DNA from: Chiloscyllium plagiosum
Lineage: Eukaryota
Direction: 5' to 3'
Assembly (NCBI RefSeq): GCF_004010195.1
Contig: NC_057718.1
Location: 85,495,625 to 85,559,624, forward strand
DNA: 64,000 nucleotides
The notes below the pieces were generated by a model. It made no database searches, was not told the DNA's origin, and saw only the letters and a list, made by a program, of their open reading frames with translations. The position numbers and the translations under genes were made by a program. Shown piece by piece: positions 49,702 through 63,763 of this stretch (position 1 is the stretch's first letter; the number at the start of each line of letters is the position of its first letter).

Positions 49702-52700
49702 CCTCCCATGAAGAAAAAAATGAACCATCATAATGAAAAGAAGGCTTCATTTTCTTCCCTCTAATTCTTAACACCATTACTATGAAACACATAAGTCATT
49801 AATCCAAGTTATATTTTTCATATTAATTCTGCACACATACATAATGTTGGAATCGATACAGTCCAATCTGATCTACACCTTTACTTTTAAATCCGCCATA
49901 ATGCATCTACTATTACATTTTTATGACCTGCAACATGTACAATTTGTAAATTAAAAGTCTTTAACATAAGACTCCAATGAAATAGTTTCATATTTTTGTC
50001 TTTAAATCTGTCTAAAAATGTGAGAGGGTTGTGGCCTGTGGTCACACCTGTCTCCAACACATTATTTGTCACATAAAAATTAAAATGTTGTAAGGCCAGT
50101 ACCAAATTCAGTAACTCCTTTTGATGGTAGAATATTTTCTCTGGTGGATGTTTAGTTTCTTTGAAGTTTAATTCCAATATCATTTTCCTGCATCAATACA
50201 GCTCCAACCCCAATATCGTTAGCATTGATTGGAACTTTGAAGGGTTTCAAAAAATGTGATGTAGCTAAAACTAGTGTGGTGATTAATATGAGTTTTAAAT
50301 TCTCAAATGCCTCCTTGCATTGTTCTGTCCACTGAAAGTTTGCGTTCTTCTTTAGTACCGCGCTGAAGTTTGGAACAAACTTCCAGTAGAATCTGCTCAG
50401 TCACAAAAATCGAAGCATCGCTTTCTTCAAAGATCGATGTGGAAATTCCTTGATGGCCTTTGTCTTCTTGTTCCTTGGGGTCATTCTTCTGTGTCCAATG
50501 TTATGTACAAAGAACGTCACCGCTGCCTTTGTGTATTCTGTTTTCTTTAAGTTTATTACCAGTTTTGCTTCTCATAATTGTTCACAGAACTCTGCCAACT
50601 GTACCAAGTGATCTTTCCATGACTCGTGAAAGATCACTACATCATCCAGATAAACTGCACAATTTGTTAATCTGGCCACAACTCTGTTCATGAGTCTTTG
50701 GAAAGTGACTGGTGCATTCTTCATTCCAAAGGGCATCACTTTGAATTGATATAGCCCAAATAGGATTATAAACACAGAAACTTCTTTCACTTTCTCTGAT
50801 AAAGGTACCTGCCAATAACGACACAGTAAATCGAATTTTCTCTATCCAGTTCTCCAACCTTTGTACTGGATGGGAGTCTGATTTAGTTAGGGCGTTGACC
50901 TTCTGGTAGTCCACACAAAATTGTTCAGTCCTGTTAGGTTTGGGAACTAACATGATTGGCAAAATCCACTCACTCTGATACAGTTTGATGATGCTTTTGT
51001 TGAGCATTGCATCCACTTCCTTTTGAACCTGTGCACTTTAAGAGGGTTAAGCCTGTATGGATGTGGTTTTTAATCAGAACAGCATTCCCTAATTCCACCT
51101 CATAGACAACAGTATTAGTCTTCCCCATTCTATTCCTGCATATGTCCTCATACTGCTGCAACAAATCTTTCAACTCGCTTCTTTGCTCCAGAGATAGTTA
51201 GCTCAATATCCTATTCCATTCCTCAAGGACTTCCTCATTATTTAACATATTTTGAGGCACATCAAAATCTACACCATCTGAACTTGATTCCTCACTGTGC
51301 GGGGCAGTAACACATGTTTCTCCAGTTCCCTGTCTCCTTTACAATAAGGTTTCAACATATTCACATGACATACCCATTACAGTTTTTTTTTCTATCCAGC
51401 ATCTTTACTAGATTGTTTACTTGACTCAACTTTTTCTCAATTGCATATGGGCCAGTAAAGTTGGCTTTGAAGGGATCTCCTACCACTGGTAACAATGCTA
51501 ATATGCCATCCCCATGGGAAAACATCCGCATTTTAGTGTTTATATCAGCCACTTGCTTCATTCTATGCTGTGCCCTCTTCAGGTGCTGTTTAGCTAACTC
51601 ACCTGCTGGCAATTCATGCGCTACCCGTATTACTTCCTGTCTGTATGCTACCAGCAACACAATCTGGCGCAGTTCTGCCCATTTCTCCTCTGCACTAACC
51701 AGTTTCTATTTTAGTCTCAGGATTCTATCCTTAAGAGAATAACCCTCTGGGATACATTCTGGTTTATTTTCTGATTATGCATCAATGTATATATCTTTTA
51801 TTATCTCATCTTTCTGTAGTAAGTCCTTTAGCCTTTCAGGACTAAACACCTTTGCCTGTTCAGGTTTTTCCCATCCCATTACATCAAACAGGGTGTTAGA
51901 AAAATGACCTCAACTCCTTCATCTTTCTCTTTAGTTTTTCCTTCTTGCTATAATTTAAGACCATAAGACATAGGAGCAGAAATGAGGCCATTCAGCCCAT
52001 CGTGTCTGCTCCACTATTCAAACATGGCTAATGAATTTCTCAACTCTATTCTCCCACTTTCTTCCCGTAATCCTTCATCCCTTTGATACTCAAGAACCTA
52101 TCTCAGTCTTAAATATATTCAATGACCTGGCCTCCACAGCCTTCCAAGGCAGTGAATTCTATACATTCACCACTCTCTGTCCAAAGACATTTCCCCTTAT
52201 CTCTGTTCTGAAAGATCTTCCTTTTATTCTAAAACTATGCCCTTGGGTCCTAGTCTCTCCCAGCAGAGTGTTTTTCTTTTAACTCCTCAGTTCCCTGGTT
52301 TTCCTTTGGCTTCTTCACCACAAAGGGCGCAACTTCTGTTTTCTTTTTTCCTGAAATCCTTACACACTTGATGCAACTGCAACACACTAACTTCTGTGAA
52401 CAAGCAAAATTTTTTAAGCATAGTACAATACAAGATTTGGAGAAATCCGGAACACTTCACCATGCTTGTGAAGTGTGTACAGGGAAGCTCTCTGAACAAA
52501 GGAAACAGTCCTTCCTTTATACAAAATCTTTATATCACAGTCAGTAATGCCCACAAGACAACCCCCCCAGTCACTCCCTCATAGTAACATAACACTCAAG
52601 ACACACTGCAGGTGACCACATCATCTCCAGAAGCAGTGTAATGCAAATCATCCTTTAATGGCCAGACCTGGTGTGAATTGTACTTTTTTTGTAACTATAG

Positions 52701-54449
52701 GGGACTAGTCAAATTCCAACTGTAATGTTCTTATTGATATCTGAATAGGGGATGACAATGTAAATTGCTCTGAATGGCAAGGAAATAGCCATGTAAGTGG
52801 TTCTGAATAATAGGAGATGATAATGTAATTCCTTACAATCCATCTGTAAGCCAGAGGCATCCCACCCTAGCCTTGGGACATACAATATCCTGCAGGTCAG
52901 CAGAGCAAGTTAATTTTTTAACATTACAACCCCCACCCTGACCTTCCAGGTCATTCCCAAGAACAAACTATATTCTTGGAACTGAAACTCTGTCAATCAT
53001 TCCCACTGTTACTTCTCTGGTATTGATTTGGCTCTCCAACCTGATTTTACACAGGGGAATGCTAAATTTCTGTCCATCTATTCCACAAATTATCATCCTC
53101 TCGGATAACATTTCAGGAAGAGTGCAAATATTTTCATCTCTTACTATTAGAGATTGACCAGATTCCGTATCTCTTAAAGTTATAACTTGTTTCCGTTCTC
53201 CCCCGTTTTTCCTGAGTAAACTTTACCCACAGAGGTGAAGTCTTTATAGAGATTGGGCACTAACTCAATATCAGCCCCTACCTAGGCTGTGCACTCTCCT
53301 GCAGCTCATGGACTTTTCTTGGGGTTTCCTTTACTACTTTCACTAATCCCATTGGCTTAGCCTCTTTTACCACATCTTTTCCCACAGTGCCTTTCTTCAA
53401 TGACCAGCACTGTGATTTTACATGTCCCACCTTATTGCAGTGAGGACATCTTTTCCCAGTGTTTTTCCTAAATCACTGGCACTGTAATTTTATGTGTCCC
53501 ACTCCATTACAGTGAAAACATCCGACGCCTTTCACCTCTTTTTCACCCCCACCTTGGGCTTTTATTCACTCTGGTAAACTATTCCCAGTGTGCTCTACTC
53601 TTTGTTTTGGAATGATGGATCTGCTCTTCTCCCAATTTCTATTCCTGATGGGATGAAAAACCCCTCAGAAGCTAAATTTCACCTTATGTACCAATGCATA
53701 TTCATCTGCCATCTCTGCTGCTCTTCTCACTTCTTGAACTTTCTGTTTATCCACATGAATTCTTATTATCTCTGGAAGTGAGTTTTTAAAGTCCTCCAGC
53801 AGAATAATCTCTCTTAGAGCCTCATGTTTCTTATCTATTTTCAAGGCCTGCACCCATCTGTCAAAATTGCTATGTTTAATTTTTTTGAACTCAACATAAG
53901 CCTGACCTGGTTCCTTTTTTATGTTTCTGAACTGCTGTCTATATGCTTATGGTACCATTCATAAGCACTCAAAATAGCCTGTTTTACATTTGCATAATTT
54001 TTTGACCCCTCAACTAACAGCGCTGCAAATACCCCATTAGCCGTGTCTCCCAGCTTAGTCTGAACTAGCATTACCTGCCAAGTTCTCTATCCACTCCATC
54101 TGCCTACCAATTTTTCAAATTAAAGAAAAAGGCTTCAACATCTTTCTCAGTGAAATGTGGCAACGTTTTAACATATTTGAATACATCCTTACCTTCTCCT
54201 TTCATTTTTGTCCTGTCACCTTGACTTTACTGACTAATTCACAACTTCTGAAGTTTAAATTTGCTCTCTTCCTTCTCTCTTTGTGCTCAGCTAAGAACCT
54301 TCTCTCCCTTTATCTTCTAACTCCAGTTGCCTCATTTGAATTTGTTTTTCTAATTCAATTGGATTTGCCTGTTTCTCTGATACACCTAAGTGCCTGACCA
54401 AATCCATTACAATTTCAGCTTTCCTTTTAATCGTAGAACAAGTCTTAGA

Positions 54450-56203
54450 CTGTAGGGAAATAGATGGTGACATCTTGCAAAATGTCCAGATTACAGAGGA
54501 GGAAGAGCTGGATATCTTGAAACGGGTAAAAGTGGATAAATCCCCAGGACCTGATCAGGTGTACCTGAGAACTCTGTGGGAAGCCAGAGAAGTGATTACT
54601 AGGCCTCTTGCTGAGATATTTGTATTATCGATAGTCACAGGTGAGGTACCGGAAGACTGGAGGTTGGCAAACGTGGTGCCACTGTTTAAGAAGGGCGGTA
54701 AGGACAAGCCAGGGAACTATAGACCAGTGAGCCTGACCTCGGTGATGAGCAAGTTGTTGGAGGGAATCCTGAGGGACCGGAAGTACATGTATTTGGAAAG
54801 GGAAGGACTGATTAGGGATAGCCAACGTGGCTTTGTGCATGGGAAATCATGTCTCACAAACTTGATTGAGTTTTTTGAAGAGATAACAAAGAGGATTGAT
54901 GAGGGCAGAGCAGTAGATGTGATCTATATAGATTTCAGTAAGGCGTTCAACAAGGTTCCCCATGGGAGACTGATTAGCAAGGTTAGATCTCATGGAATAC
55001 AGGGAGAACTAGCCATTTGGATACAGAACTGGCTCAAAGGTAGAAGACAGAGGGTGGTNNNNNNNNNNNNNNNNNNNNNNNNNNNNNNNNNNNNNNNNNN
55101 NNNNNNNNNNNNNNNNNNNNNNNNNNNNNNNNNNNNNNNNNNNNNNNNNNNNNNNNNNNNNNNNNNNNNNNNNNNNNNNNNNNNNNNNNNNNNNNNNNNN
55201 NNNNNNNNNNNNNNNNNNNNNNNNNNNNNNNNNNNNNNNNNNNNNNNNNNNNNNNNNNNNNNNNNNNNNNNNNNNNNNNNNNNNNNNNNNNNNNNNNNNN
55301 NNNNNNNNNNNNNNNNNNNNNNNNNNNNNNNNNNNNNNNNNNNNNNNNNNNNNNNNNNNNNNNNNNNNNNNNNNNNNNNNNNNNNNNNNNNNNNNNNNNN
55401 NNNNNNNNNNNNNNNNNNNNNNNNACAGGGAGAGGCTGAACAGGCTGGGGCTGTTTTCCCTGGAGCGTCGGAGGCTGAGGGGTGACCTTATAGAGGTTTA
55501 CAAAATCATGAGGGACATGGATAGGGTAAACAGGCAAAATGTTTTCCCTGGGGTGGTGGATTCCAGAACTAGAGGGCATAGGTTTAGGGTGAGAGGGGAA
55601 AGATATAAAAGAGATCTAAGGGGCAACGTTTTCACGCAGAGGGTGGTACGTGTATGGAATGAGCTGCCAGAGGAAGTGGTGGAGGCTGGTACAATTGCAA
55701 CATTTTAGAGGAATTTGGATGGGTATACGAATAGGAAGGATTTGGAGGGATATGGGCCGGGTGCTGGCAGGTGGGACTAGATTGGGTTGGGATATCTGGT
55801 CAGTATGGACGGGTTGGACCGAAGGGTCTGTTTCCATGTAGTACATCTCTATGACTACGTCCACACCAACCCTCCGAAGAGTAACCCACCCAGACCCCTT
55901 CCCCATCTCTACTATCCTATTTTTACCCTTGACTAATGCACAGACCCCATCCCCTACTCTACATTTACCCTTGAATAATGCACCTAACCTACACATCCCT
56001 GAACAGTATGGGTAATTTAGCACATTCAATTCACCTGACCTGCACATCTTTGGATTGTGGGTGGAAACCAGAGCACCTAGAGGAAAATGACGAAGACATG
56101 GGGAGAATGTGCAAACTCCACACTGACAGTTGTCTGAGGCTGGAATTGAACCCAGGACCCTGGTACTGTGAGGCAGCAGTGCTAACCACTGAGCCACCTG
56201 CCA
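54450..56203. mobile_element. Young CR1/HER1 LINE (+, ~54450-55858) and HE1-type SINE (-, ~55858-56203) nested in Gypsy gag
   Basis: ORF 54475-55058 is an intact RT segment; reverse SINE A/B boxes at ~56140-56200. Confidence 0.9.
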
Positions 56204-56491
56204 CCCCTGGTTAAACCCAATTCTAACCTATTTGCTAATTCGAGAAGTAGATCCTTCCTCTGTCTTTCCACACTTTCTTCGTAAATTTGGGAAGCATCTT
56301 CAAACCTCAGAACCTCTTTAGCAACATTAAGAGCTATTTCCTTCACTCTTAACTTAACCAACTACTAGTAACCAAAATTAAACAAATTTACTCACCTAAG
56401 TTTTATTGAAAGATCTAGGACACTAATCGCCAAGTGTTTAAATCTGCTGGGATCTTCCATCCTCCAAATCCAGAATGATGAGCCCCCAAAC

Positions 56492-57299
56492 TGTTACAAT
56501 GCAGAGGTCGAACCCCTCTGTTAATTAAAACCAAATTCCCAGAAAAGCTCACCTCACCTAATAATCTGTTAAAAAGTGTGACAGAGAACTCCTAATTTCC
56601 AGTAAAAAAAAATTATTTTCTTAACTCTAATAGTGAATACTAAACAATAACTATGAACAAATCCAAGCCCCCCTTTGTTCTTAACTGCTTACTATCTGAC
56701 CCCAACTCTATTAATAAAATGCTGTTCCAATGACACACTTATTAAACATTACATTAACTTAATCACAAGACCACACAGTCTTTGTCTTCTCTGTGGTCTT
56801 CAATCTTCTGTCTGATCTCCCTGGGTCATCTTCCTTCTTTTACTTGCAAGTATGTTTTACATGAGTAGGTACCTTTGATATAGTGTGTTTTCTAATTTTC
56901 TTTGAGAGCAAGAATTTAGATTGGCAGTTGGCTCTCTGGCAGTTGCTCGGCTGAACGATGGCAGTTGCTCTCTAATTTTCAAAATGCCCACTTTTTTATA
57001 CCCACCAACATCGTACCATCTCATTGGTCCGACGCTATCAAAACAATAAATTAAAACACGTTTGGGTTTTAGTATCCTGAGCATAATTTTAATTCAAATT
57101 TAACCAATTAGTTTTTGTCAAAACAACAACCAAAATTCAGGTATCCATTTAACAGCGAATTGTTACATGTATCTATTTTGGAACAACATATCTCCCAGCC
57201 TTTCCATTCGAGTAGCTGAGCCTGCACTTTGTGTTTACTTCAAATTTAGAAAACACTTTCTATTTTAAAGTGAACATACATGCTTCCGACTTGGTAACA
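56492..57299 (-). repeat. 5' LTR
   Basis: TG..CA termini; adjacent PBS on the minus strand. Confidence 0.9.
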
Positions 57300-58835
57300 A
57301 TGGAGAATTTGCTAATGGGCAGGAAACAGCGAGTGGGAATAAGGATGATGGTTGATGAACTGAAGATGACCTGACCTGATGACCTGGGGTTCCACAGAGA
57401 TCAGTGATGGTACCACAACTGTTGACAAAGTATATTAATAGGCGAGGGAAGGAAGTGAACTGTAGCCACATTTTCGGATGACATAAACATAGGAAGAAAG
57501 TCAGGTTGTGAGAAAGCTGCAAACACAGAGAAAAATAGATTGCTGGTGAAACTCAGCAAATCTGTCAGCATCTGTGGGAAGAAAGCAACTGTTTTAAGTC
57601 TATTGATTTTTCATCAAAACTCTGTTGAGTGAGCTAGGGAATGAAGTGGAACTGGGGGGAAAGGACAGCTCTGAAACAACGTGAGGTGATACTGATGGAA
57701 ACAGAAGTTCACAGTGTGCATATAGCGCATATAGAGCTGAGTGTGGATTCAGGATGTGGCAAGAACAGTTGTCTGAGGAACACTGTACATTACAGGGATA
57801 TCTGTGATCTTGGGTGTATTTGAAACACAAAGGATGAGACTTCAGTTGGAATCTGAGTTCTGATAAAGAAAGACCAGACTCGAAACGCTAAGTCAGCTTC
57901 CTTCCCACAGATGCTGCTAGACCTGCTCAGTTTCGCCAGCAATTTCTGTTTTCTATTTTGGAATCGCATTTGTTTGTTTGTTTACAGACAGATATTGATA
58001 GGTTTAGTAAGTGGACAAATCTTGGCAAATGGAGTATAATGTGGGGAAATGTGAAGTTGTTCATTTTGGAAAGGAGAATAAAAGAGACAGATTATTATTT
58101 AAATGGAGAAAAACTACAGACAGCAGCATCATAGGATTTTGGGGTACTTGTACATGAGCACAGCTAATAAATAGGTGTAGCAGGTAACTAGGAAGACTAC
58201 TAGAATGTTGACGCGTATTTCAAGGGAATTGGAGGATAAGAGTAGGGAAGCTATACTGCAACTGTACAAGGTGTGGTGAGACCACATCTGGAGAACTGTG
58301 AACAGTTTTGGTCCCCTTATTTAAGGAAGTATACCATTTCACTGAAGTAGAGAGAAGGTTCACTTGGATGATTCCTGGCATGGAGAGGTTATTTTATGAG
58401 CAAAGGCCACACGTGTTGGGATTCTACTCTTTGAAGTTTAGAAGAATGAGAGGTTATCTTATTGAAACACAGAGGATTCTAAAGGGCTTGTCAGGATAAA
58501 TGCTGTGAAGATGCCTCTCCTCATGGGAGACTCTAGGACCAGAGGGCATAGTCTTAGAATAAAGAGCTGCCAATTTAAGACTGAGAAAAGGAGGAATTTC
58601 TTCACTCAGAGAATTGAGAGACTTTGAAATTTTTTGCCACAGAGAGTTGTGGGGGCGGAGTCCTTTTATATTTTTAAAGTTAGATAGAGTCTTGGTAAGT
58701 AGGGGAATAAAAGATTACAGGGAAAATGCAGGAAAGTAGATGTGAGGAATGTTGTATCAGCAATGTTCCAACTGAATGGTGGAGCAGGCTTGAGGCCTGA
58801 AAAGCCAACTCCTGTCTCTATTCCTGACAGTCTTA
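57300..58835 (+). mobile_element. Old CR1-type LINE (continuation of 48715-48910) with a nested older Penelope-type fold-back (~57520-57955)
   Basis: AWI|EN.L.GRKQRVGI continues across the provirus. Inverted attgctggtgaaactcagca / tgctcagtttcgccagcaat arms. Confidence 0.8.
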
Positions 58836-59869
58836 AGGTCTCAAACTCCTTCAAATGTCACAAAATTCTGTCACAGCCACTTGACACAGTATGAGTGCAT
58901 GCATCAAAGACTGTGTTACAATAAAGCATGGGTCTTGAAGGGAATAATAGAAAGTAACAATCTGGTATAATGCCTTTCCTCCATGTTTTTCAAACCATTT
59001 CAAACAAATGGGTGACTGTAAAACATGAGGTAAGGTTGCATTCAGTAGGAAGACAATCATAAATCAAAGCAGTATTGTACAAATGTTTACTTAGAAGGAA
59101 AGAAAACTGTAATTATGCCCAGAGAGAAGTCATCTTCATAATTTCTTTTTAAATCTACTCACATTAAGTTTTGGATTGGTTAGGCAGTTTAAAATTAATG
59201 TTTTGTTAGTAAAAAATAAAGCCATTACCAAACACATTAATGTATTAAAAGAATGACGAAGCAATTATCCAGTGGAACTCTCCTTTAATTAGACAAATAT
59301 GGATAAAAGCATAATAAATACCTGAGTCAAATGATGGTTCAGAAGTAAATTAACAGTTAAAATCATTATCAATAAAACTGTAACATAAACTGACACACAG
59401 ACCACCCCGCCCCCAAAAAAAGGACAGTAACGTATAATCTGATAGCTGACCTCTACATCAATACAATAGTGACATGTAAACTCACTTCAAGAGGACAATA
59501 ACAGAGAAACTAACAGGTAAAGTTCCCATCAATAGGGTAATAACAAGTAAACCTGCAGGAAATTACCTATCAATGGAACAGTAACAAGTAAACCTATCAA
59601 TAAACACTCACCAATAAAACAGAAGCAGATCAAAACAACATCAATGTTCCCATTGATGATTTCCCAGGTTTTAAACTTCCATGGAAAAAGTGTACAACAC
59701 GCACTATTTGAAGAAAGGCCGGGGAAAATGTTGCCAGAAGTAGAATATGAATAGCTCAACTTGTGACTGAGATAATCTAAGTCAGGCATTGTATCAGCTG
59801 AAGTCTTTGAATGTATTGTTAACCTCAACATCAAACCATAACTGTTTCCCCAGTCATCAAAACAGTAGC

Positions 59870-62800
59870 TTTTTGTTAATTTCAAAAATATACTTTATTC
59901 ATAAAATATTTTGATGATCTGTACAATTGGTCATGCCATACATACGTATACATTCCATCTCTTTGCATACAGGGATCGAGTAATCATTCATATATACAGG
60001 TCTGTATGTTTACCGTATATCCATATATTTAGCTGAGGCGTCAGCGGAGCCTACTTACTGCGTGGGCCCCCTGTTCTTTGGCAGGCAGGCGTTACATTGT
60101 GGTCTTTCCCCACCGCGGCTTGGCGGCAGCTGCCCCAAGCTTCAGCGCGCCCTCAACACATAGTCCTGGACCTTGAAATGTGCCAGTCCGCAACACTCAG
60201 TCAGGGTCAGCTCCTTCAGCTGGAAGATCAACAGGTTTTGGACAGACCAAAGAGCGTCTTTCACCGAGTTGATGATCCTCCAGGCGCAGTTGATGTTCGT
60301 CTCGGTGTGCGTTCCGGAGAACAGACCATAGAGCACGGAGTCCCGCATCACGGAGCTGCTCGGGACGAACCTCGACAGACACGTCCTCATCCTTGGAGAA
60401 CCTTTTTTTAATTTCAAAATATACTTTATTCATAAAATATTTTAATGATCTATACAATTGGTCATGCCATACGTACGTATACATTCTATTTCTTTGCACA
60501 CAGAGATCGGAATTAATCATTTGTATATACAGGTCTGTACGTTTACCATCCATATATCCATATGTTTAGCGGAGGTGTCAGCGGAGCCCACTTACTGCGT
60601 GAGCCCCCTGTTCTTTTTTGGCAGGCAGACGTAACATGGTGGTCTTTCCCCACCGCGCCTTGGCGGCAGCTGCCCCAAGCTTCAGCGCGTCCCTCAACAC
60701 GTAGTCCTGGACCTTGGAATGTGCCAGTCTGCAACATTCAGGCGGGGTCAGCTCCTTCAGCTGGAAGGTCAACAGGTTTCGGACAGACCAAAGAGCGTCT
60801 TTCACCAAGTTGATGATCCTCCAGGCACAGTTGATGTTTGTCTCGGTGTGCGTCCCGAGGAACAGACCGTAGAGCACGGAGTCCCGCGTCACGGCGCTGC
60901 TCAGGACGAACCTTGACAAACACCACTGCATTCAACTCCAGACTTCTTCTGCGTAAGCACATTCCACAAGGAGTGTGTGACAGTCTCGTCCTCTCCGCAG
61001 CGGCTTCGAGGGCAGCGTGCGGTGCGGCAGAGAGTCCGGGCGTGCATAAAGGATCTCACAGACAGAGCCCTTCTCACCACCAGCCAAGCCATGTCTTGGT
61101 GCTTGTTGGAAAGTTCTGGCGATGAGGCATTCTGCCAAATGACTTTGACAGTCTGCTCAGGGAACCGCTCGATAGGATCCACCCTCTCCTTTTCCCGAAG
61201 GGTCTCAAGGACTCTACGTGCTGACCACTTCCTGATGGACTTGTGGTCAACGGTGTTTTTCTTCACAAATTTCTCCACGAAGGACAGGTAATACGGAATG
61301 GTCCAATTACTTGGAGTGTTCCGCGGCAGTGAGGCCAGGCCCATCCTTCGCAACACCAGGGACAGGTAAAACCTCAGTACGTAGTGACACTTTGTGTTTG
61401 CGTACCGGGGATCCACACACAGCTTGATGCAGCCACACACAAAGGTGGCCATTAGGGTGAGGGTAGCATTGGGTGTGTTTTTTCCCCCCATTGCCCAGAT
61501 CTTTGTACATTGAGTCCCTTCAGACCCTGGCCATTTTTAGTCTCCATACAAAATGGAAGACGGCCCGGGTGACTGCGATGGCACAGGTTCTGGGAATAGG
61601 CCAGACCTGTACCACATATAACAACACTGACAGTGCCTCACACCTGATAACCAGGTTTTTACCCGCGATGGAGAGCGACCGTAGCTTCCAGCTGCCCAGT
61701 TTCTGCCTCACATTCTTGATATGCTCCCCCCAAGACTTGGCGCATACCCCAGCCCCTCTGAACCAAATACCCAGCACCTTCAGGTGGTCAGTCATGATGG
61801 TGAAGGGGATGGAGGATCGGTCGGCCCAGTTCCCAAAGAGCATGGCCTTGCTCTTGCCTCGGTTTACCTTGGCCCCCAAGGCCTGTTTGAACTGGTCACA
61901 TATGCACAACAGTCTGTGCACGGACAGCGGATCAGAGCAGAAAACGGCAACACCATCCATGTACTGGGAGGCCGTAACCTGCAGCCAGGAATAGTCACCC
62001 CTCTCAGGCTCGCATCCTTCCTGTTGGACTCGGCAAATGGCTCTATGCAGCACACAGACAAGGCAGGAGAGAGAGGGCAGCCCGGTCTGACTCCAGATCT
62101 GACTGGGAAGCTATCTGATTCCCACCCATTGATTGAGACTGCACTGACAATGTTGGTGAAGAGCAGTCTGACCCAATTGCAGATTCCCTCCCCAAAGTCC
62201 ATTTTGGAGAGAACATCTCTCATATACGTAAGTGATATCCTGTCAAAAGCTTTCTCCTGGTCCAGGCTGATGAGGCAGGTGTCTAGCTGCCTGTCCTGCA
62301 CGTAGGCGATCATATCCCTGAGGAGTGCGAGACTCTCAGCGATCTTCCTGCCCGGTACAGCATAGGTTTGGTCAGGGTGAATCACCGACCCCAGAGCAGA
62401 CCTGACCCAGTTGGCGATGACTTTTGCCAAGATTTTGTAATCCACATTCAATAGTGATATTGGTCTCCAATTTCTGATTTCCTCCCTCTCCCCCTTCCGC
62501 TTGTAGATGAGGGTGATGATGCCTTTCCTCATGGATTCACTCATGGTACCTGCCAGAAGCATACTGACATACAGCTCCAGCAGGTCCTGGCCAATCAAGT
62601 CCCACAGAGCAGAATAGAGCTCAACCGGTAAGCCGTCGCTTCCGGGAGTTTTATTCTTTTCGAAGGACTCGATGGCCTTGGCCAGCTCATCCAGACATGT
62701 GGCTGGTCCAGCCTCTCCCGTGTTCTGTTGTCTAAGACCTCTGTGATAGAGGACAGGAACGACAGGGTTGGCTTCGAGTCATACAGACTGGCATAGAAGG

Positions 62801-63748
62801 ACTTGCTGATCCTCATGACGTCAGCCTGAGATGACGTTACGGAGCCATCTTCTTCCTTCAGGCTGCTGAGCATGATCTCTCTTTGTGCACTTTCTGGAAG
62901 AAGAAATTGAGCAAGTCTCGTCCTGCTCCACAGAGCGGACCCCAGACCGGAATATTATCTTGCAGGCCTCGGAGGCAAAGAGCGAGGCTTGCTGGCCCTT
63001 GACCTCCTGGAGGTTCTCCATGACATCGACCCCCATTGTTTGCAGCAGGAGTAGGTTCTGCATACTTTCCTGGAGTTGGGACAGTTTTCCCAACCTCTCT
63101 CTCGCCTCCTGAACACCTTTGAGGATGAAGAACCTCTTGATGTTCCCTTTTACTGTTTCCCACCAGTCCGCTGGGGACTCAAAGAGGGGCTTCACAGTTC
63201 TCCGTCCTGCGTAGTCCCTCTTGAGCTCCTCAATGTTTCCCGGGCTCAACAGCTTGGTGTTCAGCTTCCACGTTCCCTTACCAGCCCGCTGCTCATCCTG
63301 TAGGTGACAGTCGGCCAGCAGGAGGCAGTGGTCAGAAAAGAACACTGGCTTGACGTCAGTGGATCTGACCGAGAACGTTCGGGACACAAACAGGTAATCT
63401 ATCCTTGAGCGGATAGACCCGTCTGCCCGTGACCAGGTGTATCTACGCTGCGCTCCGTCTGCAGGGGTGAAGACGTCGTGCAGCTTGGCATCTTTGACCG
63501 TTTCCATCAGGACTCTGGACATGGTGTCCAGCTTACTGTCCCTGCCGCCGGATCGTCCATCTGCATCAATGATACAGTTGAAGTCTCCGGCCAGAATGAC
63601 CAGCCTGGACATAGCCAGCAACAGTGGAAGCTGCTGCAGGACGGCCAACCGTTCACTCTTACCCATTGGGGTGTACACATTAATCAGTCTCAGGGGAGCG
63701 TACATGACATCAGTGAGGAGGAGGCGCCGCCCATCATCTCCTTAACCA
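59870..63748 (-). mobile_element. L1-Tx1 clade LINE, 5'-truncated ORF2, with tandem second 3' end
   Basis: Endonuclease LINVY..AGDFNC..SRIDYLF..SDH; RT NWRPISLLNVDYKILAK, LDQEKAFD, GCPLSP, YMDG; C-terminal CPR..C..ETVTH. AATAAA plus A-rich tail. TSD catcaaaacagtagc at 59855-59869 and 63749-63763. Frameshifted. Confidence 0.92.
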
Positions 63749-63763
63749 CATCAAAACAGTAGC

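Larger units (their letters stand above)
48911..57299 (-). mobile_element. Gypsy LTR retrotransposon, Gmr1-like, decayed, both LTRs present
   Basis: LTRs TGTTAC..GTAACA at 48911-49701 and 56492-57299. TSD atag/atgg. PBS tgggggctc (tRNA-Pro-like) at ~56480-56489 and PPT gggagg at 49702-49707. SCAN-like gag, two CCHC knuckles, protease LRDTES, integrase remnants, RT YLDD, RNase H. Splits a CR1 that resumes at 57300. Confidence 0.92.

Noticed and set aside
61960..61975. Tx1 as an active element
   Set aside because: Multiple frameshifts, 5' truncation, and catalytic YMDD reads YMDG.
60097..63762. Plus-strand ORFs over the Tx1 element
   Set aside because: Antisense shadows of GC-rich ORF2.
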